Assembly (NCBI GenBank): GCA_041695225.1
Contig: JBGFRI010000023.1
Span: forward strand, 1 to 23,908
Source of the DNA: Deinococcota bacterium
GTDB lineage: Bacteria; Deinococcota; Deinococci; Deinococcales; Thermaceae
DNA: 23,908 nt
Direction: 5' to 3'
Below the pieces are notes generated by a model. The model did not search any database and was not told the DNA's origin. It worked only from the letters and a program-made list of their open reading frames with translations. Made by a program: the position numbers and the translations under genes. Within the stretch, counting starts at the first letter, position 1; each line of letters opens with the position of its first letter. Of the stretch, positions 16,113 through 23,908 are shown piece by piece.

Positions 16113-16168
16113 AGACTGAACTATAGCATGGCCGAGGATGGAAGAGCCTGCTCCATAGTCTCTTTTGG

Positions 16169-16915
16169 TCAAGCAGCAAGCAGCTTCAAGTAGTCTTCTA
16201 GCTTCAGGCTGGCCCCACCTACCAGCCCACCGTCAACATTGGGCTGGGAAAAGAGGGCCGTGGCATTGTCGGGCTTGATCGAGCCGCCGTAGAGGATGCG
16301 CAACTGGTCGGCAAAGCCCGAGCCGTAGCGGGCCATCAGCCAGCCGCGAACTGCCCGGTGCATGGCCTCGGCATCCTCGGGGGTGGCGGTCTGACCGGTG
16401 CCAATGGCCCAGACCGGCTCGTAGGCGATGACCAGCTGTGACGCCGAGGATGGCTGTATACCCTCCAGGCTGCCGGCCAGTTGTCGCAGGGTATATTCCA
16501 CATGGGCCCCGCTCTGGCGGACTTCCAGCGGCTCGCCCACACAGAGAATGGGGGTGATGCCGAGCTCGAGCAGGCGACTGGCCTTTTCAGCTACCAGCGC
16601 ATCGGACTCGGCATGGTAGCTGCGCCGCTCGGAATGCCCCACAATGGTGTATTTGCAAGCCAGGTCGGCTAGCATCCTGGCCGAGACCTCGCCGGTGTAA
16701 GCCCCCTCGAGATGGGCCGAGACATCCTGCGCGCCCCAGTACACCCCACTGCCCTGGAGGATTTCCGCGGCATATGGCAAGGAAGTGTAGGGTACCATCA
16801 GGGCGGGCTCGGCCGGGGTCGGGGCTAGCCTGGCGATCAGATCGCGAAACCATACCCTGGCCTCGGAAGGGGTTTTGTACATCTTCCAGTTGCCCGCTAC
16901 CAGTCGTCTGCGCAT
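16169..16915 (-). CDS. tpiA: Triosephosphate isomerase
   Basis: [51 protein letters not shown]. Confidence 0.97.
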   Translation of the reverse strand: MRRRLVAGNWKMYKTPSEARVWFRDLIARLAPTPAEPALMVPYTSLPYAAEILQGSGVYWGAQDVSAHLEGAYTGEVSARMLADLACKYTIVGHSERRSYHAESDALVAEKASRLLELGITPILCVGEPLEVRQSGAHVEYTLRQLAGSLEGIQPSSASQLVIAYEPVWAIGTGQTATPEDAEAMHRAVRGWLMARYGSGFADQLRILYGGSIKPDNATALFSQPNVDGGLVGGASLKLEDYLKLLAA

Positions 16916-17000
16916 AGTTGTCACATCATACGGCACCGGTACCTGGCGCAATAAACAGAGCTACTGTTCATCCCCGTGGCCGAGGAGACTGCTTGTGGAC

Positions 17001-17120
17001 GATAGCTGATAGCCTAAAGCTGATAGCTAAAAGCTGAAAGCCTTAGGCCTTCGGCCTTTATTTGACTTGCGACCTGCGACTTGCGACTGACTTTTGACCT
17101 GCGACCTGCGACTTGAGACA
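17001..17120. repeat. Composite heptamer-repeat element (left-part copy) between divergent genes
   Basis: GATAGCT...GCTGATAGCTAAAAGC...GCCTTTATTTGAC followed by (TGCGACC/T)n; same block order as 14103-14167. Confidence 0.82.
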
Positions 17121-17219
17121 TAGGCTCCTCGTGTTGTATACCCCTGTTTGCCAGATAGCCTCGCAGGCTATATCTGACGGAATTACAGCCTGCCGGAAAA
17201 GAAACGGTAGACTTTTGAC

Positions 17220-18881
17220 ATGATTGAAACGCATATCGGCTCCAGGGAACGCGAAGCGCCCTCCTTCAAACAGAATAAAGATGCCTGGGTTCGGCTCATT
17301 GCCGATTTTCGCAGCTCGCTGGACATGGTGCGGCAGGGCGGCGGCCCAAAGGCGGTCGAGCGTCAACACGCCAGAGGACGGTTCACCGCCCGTGAACGCA
17401 TTGCAAACCTGGTTGACCCTGGAAGTGAGCCAGAGGAAATCCTGGGCTATGCAGGCTGGCAGATGTATAGCGACTGGGGCGGGGCGCCGGGCGGGGGGGT
17501 GGTCACGGCTATCGGCAAAATTGCCGGGCGGGACTGGATGATCATCGCCAACGACGCTACGGTTAAGGCCGGTGCTTTTTTCCCCATCACCGCCAAAAAG
17601 GTTATTCGGGCCCAGACCATTGCCCTGGAAAACCACATTCCCACGGTGTATCTGGTGGACTCGGCCGGGGTGTTTTTGCCCCTGCAGGACGAAGTCTTCC
17701 CCGACCAGGACGACTTTGGCCGAATTTTCTACCTGAATGCCCGCATGAGTGCGCTGGGCATTCCGCAAATTTCGGCCATCATGGGCAACTGTGTGGCGGG
17801 TGGGGCTTATCTGCCCCTGATGACCGATGTACTGATTATGACCGAGGGCTCGGGGCTGTACCTGGCGGGGCCGGCCCTGGTCAAAGCAGCCATTGGGCAG
17901 GAGGTTGGCTCGGATGAGCTGGGCGGTGCGCGAATGCACTCCGAGGTGTCTGGCACAGTTGATTTCTACGAGCCCGACGATAGCGCGGCCATTGGTAAAG
18001 TCCGCACCCTGGCCGCGCTATACTCGAGGCCGTCTCTGGCTTCGTGGGCGGCAGAGCGCCACAGCGAGATGGAGCCATTTCATCCCCCCGAAGACCTGTA
18101 TGGCCTGGTCTCGCCCGATGGTTCGCGCCCCTACGATGTGACCGAGGTAATTGCTCGCCTGGTAGATGGCTCGAGGTTTCACGAGTACAAGGCCGGCTAT
18201 GGCCAGACCCTGGTGTGTGGCTATGCCCGGCTAGGGGGGTTTCCGGTGGGGATTGTGGCCAACCAGCGCCTGATCATCAAAAAGCCCGGCAAGATCGAAG
18301 TGGGCGGGGTGATTTATGCCGAGGCCGCCGACAAGGCTGCCCGCTTCATCCTGGAGGTCAACCAGCGCTTCATCCCACTGCTATTCATGATGGACGTGAC
18401 CGGGTTTATGGTGGGTAAGGAGTCGGAGCAGCAGGGTATTATCCGGCGGGGCGCCAAGCTGGTGAATGCGGTCTCTAACTCGGTAGTGCCGAAAATTACC
18501 CTAATCATCGGCGGCTCTTTTGGCGCGGGGAATTATGCTATGGCCGGTAAAGCCTATGGCCCGCGCCTGATCTACGCCTGGCCCTCGGCCCGATATGCCG
18601 TGATGAGTGGCAACGCAGCCGCCAAGACCTTGATGGAGATTGAGCTGGCCAAGCTCGAGCGCGAGGGACGCAAACCCACCGAAGAAGACCTGGTGGAGCT
18701 CTACCAGCACATCAAGGGCCGCTACGAGGAGACCCTCGACCCCCGCTACGCCGCCGCGCGGCTCTGGGTAGACGAAGTGATTTTTCCCCACGAGACCCGC
18801 GAGCGTCTGGTCCGCAGCCTCGAGGTCTGCGCCCTCAACCCCCATCGGGAACCGATGCGGGTAGGGGTGTTTCAGGTATGA
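17220..18881 (+). CDS. Acyl-CoA carboxylase carboxyltransferase (beta) subunit, 3-methylcrotonyl-CoA carboxylase-like
   Basis: RQHARGRFTARERI, ANDATVKAGAF, LVDSAGVFLPLQDEVFPD, GNCVAGGAY, LGGARMH, DVTGFMVG, GSFGAGNYAM, YAAARLWVD. TAGACT 6 nt upstream of the ATG. Confidence 0.9.
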   Translation: MIETHIGSREREAPSFKQNKDAWVRLIADFRSSLDMVRQGGGPKAVERQHARGRFTARERIANLVDPGSEPEEILGYAGWQMYSDWGGAPGGGVVTAIGKIAGRDWMIIANDATVKAGAFFPITAKKVIRAQTIALENHIPTVYLVDSAGVFLPLQDEVFPDQDDFGRIFYLNARMSALGIPQISAIMGNCVAGGAYLPLMTDVLIMTEGSGLYLAGPALVKAAIGQEVGSDELGGARMHSEVSGTVDFYEPDDSAAIGKVRTLAALYSRPSLASWAAERHSEMEPFHPPEDLYGLVSPDGSRPYDVTEVIARLVDGSRFHEYKAGYGQTLVCGYARLGGFPVGIVANQRLIIKKPGKIEVGGVIYAEAADKAARFILEVNQRFIPLLFMMDVTGFMVGKESEQQGIIRRGAKLVNAVSNSVVPKITLIIGGSFGAGNYAMAGKAYGPRLIYAWPSARYAVMSGNAAAKTLMEIELAKLEREGRKPTEEDLVELYQHIKGRYEETLDPRYAAARLWVDEVIFPHETRERLVRSLEVCALNPHREPMRVGVFQV

Positions 18882-19005
18882 GCTGGTTGCAAAGCGACTG
18901 ACCAGAGTCGAGGGCTAAACTGAAGTTCCTGGCCATGAAAGCGGAGAAATTGATCACCGGGACTGGTCATGACCGCTCTGAACGGCGCCTGTGTGTACCC
19001 ATCTG

Positions 19006-19252
19006 GTTGCAGGTCACAAGTCGCATGTCGTATGACTCGAGACCTGAGACATTCCATTAGCACGTAGCCAATAGCTGATAGCTGATAGCCAGACCATGCC
19101 ATGTCCCTCGACCTTACACAACCCCTAGACCCTCGACCCTTGACCCTAGACAATCTCTCCCTCGACCCCTGGCGTTCTTTCCCTTGACCCTGGCCCTTTG
19201 ACCTTCGACTTTCGACCTTCGACAATCTTTCCTTCGACCCTCGACTCTAGAC
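19006..19252. repeat. Degenerate heptamer tandem arrays between convergent genes
   Basis: GTCGCAN-type units, (TAGCTGA)n at about 19065-19091, and many CCTCGAC/CTTCGAC/CCTAGAC/CCTTGAC units up to about 19252. Confidence 0.8.
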
Positions 19253-19267
19253 GGCGGCGACAGCCGC

Positions 19268-19567
19268 CTACTTTTCGTCGGGTTTGAAAACGTTGGCCGG
19301 GGTGTCCATCTCGGCCAGGGGCAGCACCTCGTATTTAGCGAAGTTGTATACCGGGGCCATGGCTAGCAAGCGCTCGAGCTCTTCGTTGGAGTCTACCTCG
19401 TAGATCCAGGCGCCACCGTGTTTGCCCACGATGTGGTAGCGTCCGACCAGCTTGCCCCGTTCGCGAACTTTTTGGGCATACTCGGGCATCCGCATAAGCA
19501 CGCTGGCAAAATCGCCGCGCATTCTCGACAGATCCAGCTCCCACAAGACCAAAAACTTCGTTCCCAT
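19268..19567 (-). CDS. Muconolactone delta-isomerase-like / DUF3303-like small protein
   Basis: AGGAGG RBS. The pattern KFLVLWEL...GKL...HIVG..G.WIYEVDSNEELERLL..AP......EV.PL resembles the CatC-fold family. Confidence 0.7.
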   Translation of the reverse strand: MGTKFLVLWELDLSRMRGDFASVLMRMPEYAQKVRERGKLVGRYHIVGKHGGAWIYEVDSNEELERLLAMAPVYNFAKYEVLPLAEMDTPANVFKPDEK

Positions 19568-19906
19568 AGCGCCTCCTGCTGCATTTCGGTTCGGGCATTC
19601 TGCCTCTGGCAAATAGCACCTTACCAGGAAAGCCAGGCCCCAGACTATCTGCTCTCAGCAGAGGCCCAGATTATCAACAAACCGCCGCAACTCCCCGATT
19701 ATATCGTGCTGCTGACCCCGGCGAGGTCTCCGGGGCCGGAATAGTATCATCAAGAAGCGTCACAGACAGGGCCGCCAGGGCCTTAGGCGCAGGCAGCAAA
19801 GACCCCTAGCCTATCCTGCGCCCTGGTTTTGGCTGCCCGGTCAGACTCGGACTTTGCTCGGCGGTACTGATCAGCGCCATTCCTGGCCTTGAGTAGCGCC
19901 ACGCGC

Positions 19907-19971
19907 TGTCGAAAGCCGAAGGTCAAAGGTCTAGAGCACTGCTGGTGGCCTTCGACTTTCAACCTTCGACA
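19907..19971. repeat. Inverted pair of heptamer arrays (imperfect 25-bp stem)
   Basis: TGTCGAAAGCCGAAGGTCAAAGGTC (19907-19931) versus GGCCTTCGACTTTCAACCTTCGACA (19947-19971): 19/25 complementary. Confidence 0.65.
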
Positions 19972-20161
19972 TTTCTTATTACGGACTGGCCGAGGATGGG
20001 AAGTTGCTTTGATCATCTGGCTTTGGCCCTGGCTGTTCTGCAGGCATATATGCAAAAGGGCAGCGCCGTTGACTCTGTTATAAAAACCCAGGCAGGGGGC
20101 TTATACTTCTATAGGCTATGTTTTTGTGAAACTTTAGCTGTGTGCTGTTTCGGAGGCAGTC

Positions 20162-20683
20162 ATGAATACAAAGGAACTGAAGTCTATCCTCCAGGCCTTT
20201 AGGGAGCACGAGGTGTCCGAGCTAACCCTCGAGACCCCAGATTACAAACTCACCGTCAAGCGGGGTGGCGAGGTACATTACGTGCCCGCGCCTGCGCCAG
20301 TACCCAGCCAACCCCAGGGCGCGACCCCAGGGGCGCCTCCCATAAACAATGCCCCGGTTTCTGCTCCAGCCCCGACGCCTTTAGACTCTTTAGTGCTGGC
20401 CCCTTCCCCCAAAACCGAGGCGCCCAGGGAAGACACCAGCAAGTACATTGAGGTCAAAGCCCCTATTGTGGGCACCTTTTACCGCGCCGCCTCACCCGAC
20501 GCCGAGCCCTTTGTGAAAGAAGGCGACACGGTCAGAAAGGGTCAGGTCTTGTGCATCATCGAGGCCATGAAGCTAATGAACGAGATTGAAAGCGAAGTAT
20601 CTGGCGTGGTGCGTAAAATCCTGGTATCCAACGCCGAGCCTATTGAATATGGTCAGGCTCTGTTTTTGATCGAGCCTGTATAA
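20162..20683 (+). CDS. accB: Acetyl-CoA carboxylase biotin carboxyl carrier protein
   Basis: GGAGG RBS; Pro/Ala linker; APIVGTFYRA; IIEAMKLMNEIE (biotinyl-Lys); EYGQALF. Confidence 0.95.
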   Translation: MNTKELKSILQAFREHEVSELTLETPDYKLTVKRGGEVHYVPAPAPVPSQPQGATPGAPPINNAPVSAPAPTPLDSLVLAPSPKTEAPREDTSKYIEVKAPIVGTFYRAASPDAEPFVKEGDTVRKGQVLCIIEAMKLMNEIESEVSGVVRKILVSNAEPIEYGQALFLIEPV

Positions 20684-20764
20684 GCGCCGATAGCTGTGGT
20701 TCATGGTCAGAGTCTGCTATGAGTGCCACTGGCTATGAGTCATCGGCGCGCTTGGAGGCGCTTT

Positions 20765-22108
20765 ATGTTCAAGAAGATAATGATTGCCAACCGGGGCGAA
20801 ATTGCCCTGCGGGTTTTGCGGGCGGCCAGAGAACTGGGGGTAAAGGTAGTGGTGGCCCACAGCGAGGCCGATAGCCAGTCGCTTCCTGTCTTGCTGGCCG
20901 ACGAGGCTATCTGCATCGGACCACCCCCCTCGGCCCAGAGTTACCTTAACATCCCCAACCTGCTCTCTGCGGCCATTATTACCGGCGCGGAAGCTATTCA
21001 CCCGGGGTATGGCTTTCTGGCCGAAAACCCCCAGTTTGCCGAGATGTGCCGGGACCACGGTATTGTTTTCATTGGCCCTACGCCCGAGTCTATGCACAGC
21101 CTGGGTTCCAAGGCCGGGGGCCGCGAGATTGCAGCCAATTCTAATGTGCCCACTGTACCGGGAACGGGGGTGCTGCGCTCGGCAGACGAAGCCCTTGAAG
21201 CCGCTGAGAAGCTTGGCTATCCGGTGCTGCTGAAGGCCAGCGCAGGAGGTGGGGGCCGGGGTCAGAAGGTGGTGCGTTCGGCCGAAGAGATGAAGACCGC
21301 ATTTGCCCAGGCCCAGGTCGAGGCCCAGAACTACTTTTCTGACCCTGCCTTAATCCTGGAAAAGTTTGTGGAGTTATTCCGGCATGTAGAAGTGCAGGTG
21401 ATGGGGGATGGCAAGGGTCATGTGATCCATGTGGGCGAACGCGACTGCTCAATCCAGCGCCGAAACCAGAAACTGATCGAAGAGGCCCCAAGCCGCCTGG
21501 ACGAGTTGCTGCGTCAGGAGATACTGGCTGCCGGGGTGCGCCTGGCCCGGTATGTGAATTATCTGGGAGCGGGTACCCTCGAGTTCATTGTAGATCCTGA
21601 AGGCAACTTCTACTTCATGGAGATGAATACCCGCATCCAGGTTGAGCACTGCGTCTCGGAGATGGTCTCGGGCCTGGACCTGGTCAAACTTCAGATCCAG
21701 ATTGCCGCCGGTGAACCTTTCACGCTCCAGCAAAGCGATGTCCAGCTCAGGGGCCATGCCATTGAGTGTCGTCTTAACGCCGAGGACTACGACAGAGACT
21801 TCCGACCCAGCATCGGCAAGGTCGAGACCCTGCACTTCCCTGGTGGCCCCGGCGTCAGGGTAGATTCGCATCTTTATGCGGGTTACAACATCCCCCCAAA
21901 CTACGACTCCTTAGTAGCCAAGCTCATCACCCACGGGGCCAGCCGCGAGGAAGCCATTGCCCGGATGCGCCGGGCGCTGGCCGAGACGATCATTGAAGGG
22001 CCAGGGGTCAAGACCACCGTGCCTTTCCACCTGAAGGTGATGGATAATGCCTTTTACAAACGTGGGGCCATTCTTACCAACTTTGTTTCTACCCGCATGT
22101 CGGACTGA
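20765..22108 (+). CDS. accC: Biotin carboxylase
   Basis: MFKKIMIANRGEIA start with GGAGG RBS; IHPGYGFLAEN, KASAGGGGRG, ERDCSIQRRNQK, EMNTRIQVEH, PPNYDSLVAKL. Confidence 0.96.
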   Translation: MFKKIMIANRGEIALRVLRAARELGVKVVVAHSEADSQSLPVLLADEAICIGPPPSAQSYLNIPNLLSAAIITGAEAIHPGYGFLAENPQFAEMCRDHGIVFIGPTPESMHSLGSKAGGREIAANSNVPTVPGTGVLRSADEALEAAEKLGYPVLLKASAGGGGRGQKVVRSAEEMKTAFAQAQVEAQNYFSDPALILEKFVELFRHVEVQVMGDGKGHVIHVGERDCSIQRRNQKLIEEAPSRLDELLRQEILAAGVRLARYVNYLGAGTLEFIVDPEGNFYFMEMNTRIQVEHCVSEMVSGLDLVKLQIQIAAGEPFTLQQSDVQLRGHAIECRLNAEDYDRDFRPSIGKVETLHFPGGPGVRVDSHLYAGYNIPPNYDSLVAKLITHGASREEAIARMRRALAETIIEGPGVKTTVPFHLKVMDNAFYKRGAILTNFVSTRMSD

Positions 22109-22300
22109 GCCTGGCAGACTCGCTGATGGTCACTTTGTGATAAGGCGAACCGGGTGCAGATGCTTAGTAGTTTTGGATGGTCATACGAAAAATGGAGAAC
22201 TCCCCAGGTGGTCTCGCCACTGCAACCTTACTGCCTGCAAACCCTCGCCCTGGGTATAAGCAGCCCACCTTGGTCCTGAACACCGTAAACTGGTAACGAT

Positions 22301-22927
22301 ATGTTTTTCATCGAGCTTCTTGCTAGAGATCCCCTGGCCTATCTGGTCGCATTTGCTGCAGGCGCTTTTGGCCTGGTCATACACAACCTTTTTCAGGCCT
22401 ATCTGGCCGACCGCTTCAAGGACGGCGACCCCCGCCGCTACGGTTTTCTTACCGCCGAGCCTCGAGTCCACCTCGAGGGGCTGGGGCTGATTTTCCTGGC
22501 CCTGATCGGTTTTGGATTTCCCCGCATGGTCCCCTGGAGGCTCTTTGGCGCCAAAGGCGCCCAGACCGCGCTGATGGGCCCACTGGGGTTTTTTGTAGCG
22601 GCCTTTTTGTATATTCTGCTTGGCAGGCTGCTGGAAGGATTGGGCCCGGCCACTGCGAGCATTGCCCTGGGCATGCAGGTAGCGGGTTCGCTGATGATCG
22701 GCCACGCGGCAGTCTTCTTGTTTCCAGTGCCCCCCTTAGACGGTGCCAGGGTGGTCTACGCCATTGGTAGCCCCGAGGCCCGGCGCTTTATGGACCAGCT
22801 TCAGAGTTATGGATTTCTGGGCTTTATTGTGATCTTTTTGTTCTTGAGCCTGACCGGAATTCTGCCTGCGGTCCGGGCTGGTCTTACGGGGCTGTTACAT
22901 AGTCTGTTTGCCGCGGTTGGGCTGTAA
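22301..22927 (+). CDS. Site-2 protease (M50) homologue lacking HExxH; probable pseudoprotease
   Basis: Aligns with the downstream paralogue (G.LT..P..HL..LG; GF; PPLDG) but has HNLFQ in place of HExxH. Confidence 0.8.
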   Translation: MFFIELLARDPLAYLVAFAAGAFGLVIHNLFQAYLADRFKDGDPRRYGFLTAEPRVHLEGLGLIFLALIGFGFPRMVPWRLFGAKGAQTALMGPLGFFVAAFLYILLGRLLEGLGPATASIALGMQVAGSLMIGHAAVFLFPVPPLDGARVVYAIGSPEARRFMDQLQSYGFLGFIVIFLFLSLTGILPAVRAGLTGLLHSLFAAVGL

Positions 22928-23027
22928 ACGTGGGCCTCTGGTGGAAAACAGCGACTGTGCTTCTGCGGGCCAGGGTGATTTTTTGTAGGGTATCTACAAA
23001 CCCAACCTGGATTATGGATAAACACTA

Positions 23028-23681
23028 ATGGGCCTGCTTCCGCTGCTACAAACCGACCCGGTCGCCTTTGTGCTGGTGGTGCTGGTACTGATGGTCTCGT
23101 TGTCGCTGCACGAATGGGGCCATGCCGTCACGGCGCTCTGGATGGGCGATCCTACGGCTAAACAGCAAGGGCGGCTGACCCTGAACCCACTCAAACACCT
23201 CGACATCCTGGGCTCGGTGATGATTCTGCTGGCTGGCTTTGGCTGGGCCAAGCCCGTCCCGGTCTATCCGCCCAATTTCCGCAGCTACCGCATAGGACTT
23301 TTTGTGGTCTCGATTGCTGGCATTGTGATTAACCTGCTCATTGCTACCTCTCTGGCGCTGCTCCTGCGCTGGATGCTGGATGCAGGCCACCTGCAAAACC
23401 CTACCGACTTTTTGCAGCTGCTCGTTCAGGTGGCAGTTGTGGCGGCCAGCGTGAACCTTACCCTGGCCATCTTTAACCTGTTGCCCATCCCACCGCTGGA
23501 TGGCTCCAAAATTTTGCAGTGCTTTTTGCCCCTTCGCTGGCATCCCTACATCTGGCGGTTGGAGATGAACCCCACCTATGCCATTGTGGCCATACTTTTA
23601 TTGCTTACGGTATTCAGGCAGCCGCTCGGCAGCTTCCTGAGCGCGGTGCGCACGCAGTTCTTCAATTTGTTTGGTCTATAG
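23028..23681 (+). CDS. Site-2 protease family (M50, YwhC-like) zinc metalloprotease
   Basis: LHEWGH, GDPTAKQQGRLTLNPLKHLD, GFGWAKPVPV, FNLLPIPPLDG. Confidence 0.92.
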   Translation: MGLLPLLQTDPVAFVLVVLVLMVSLSLHEWGHAVTALWMGDPTAKQQGRLTLNPLKHLDILGSVMILLAGFGWAKPVPVYPPNFRSYRIGLFVVSIAGIVINLLIATSLALLLRWMLDAGHLQNPTDFLQLLVQVAVVAASVNLTLAIFNLLPIPPLDGSKILQCFLPLRWHPYIWRLEMNPTYAIVAILLLLTVFRQPLGSFLSAVRTQFFNLFGL

Positions 23682-23908
23682 ATCACGACGGCCGGTTGTG
23701 GTTGTGTGGCCGGGGGTCTAAGCTTCATAGGGCAGGTAGAGACTTGCATCTTGCTGTCCTCGGCCAGAGCGCTTTTACCAGATCTACACTGAAGTTCCCG
23801 AACAAGAATCGCACAGAGTTCCGTTGCCATGCCGCTTTTCCCTCGCAGGGGCTGTCAGCTAACTGGCTACAGGGTGATTGTCTTCAGGAGTTCCAGGGCC
23901 CGACGCTG

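Noticed and set aside
20686..20742. Heptamer-like remnant between accB and accC
   Set aside because: Only GCCGATAGC and two GCTATGAG matches; too degenerate to call.

Overview
A GC-rich (roughly 60-65%) bacterial chromosomal segment. Gene style, probable leaderless TANNNT promoters and intergenic heptamer repeats suggest Deinococcus-Thermus, most likely a Meiothermus-like organism (inference). Housekeeping genes: PSP1/RicT-like, holB, metallophosphoesterase, acyl-CoA synthetase, hemolysin-III/PAQR protein, class I/II aminotransferase, MliC/PliC-like protein, tpiA, acyl-CoA carboxyltransferase, muconolactone-isomerase-like protein, accB, accC and two site-2 protease homologues. The most interesting part is a 7-kb array of three paralogous lipoproteins (6008-13130), each with a lipobox, 1 or 4 beta-sandwich repeats and an NHL-like beta-propeller. 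Genes 2 and 3 share an exactly spaced upstream architecture (GTTAC-N5-GCGTTAT, then 88 bp on, ATAACGC-N5-TTACGC-N9-TAGSCT), which looks like an uncharacterised activator-controlled regulon. Other notable items are a family of composite 7-bp-period intergenic elements (one overlaps a gene's stop codon), a CGTC-type palindromic repeat, an intact/degenerate site-2 protease pair and an excess of CTCGAG.
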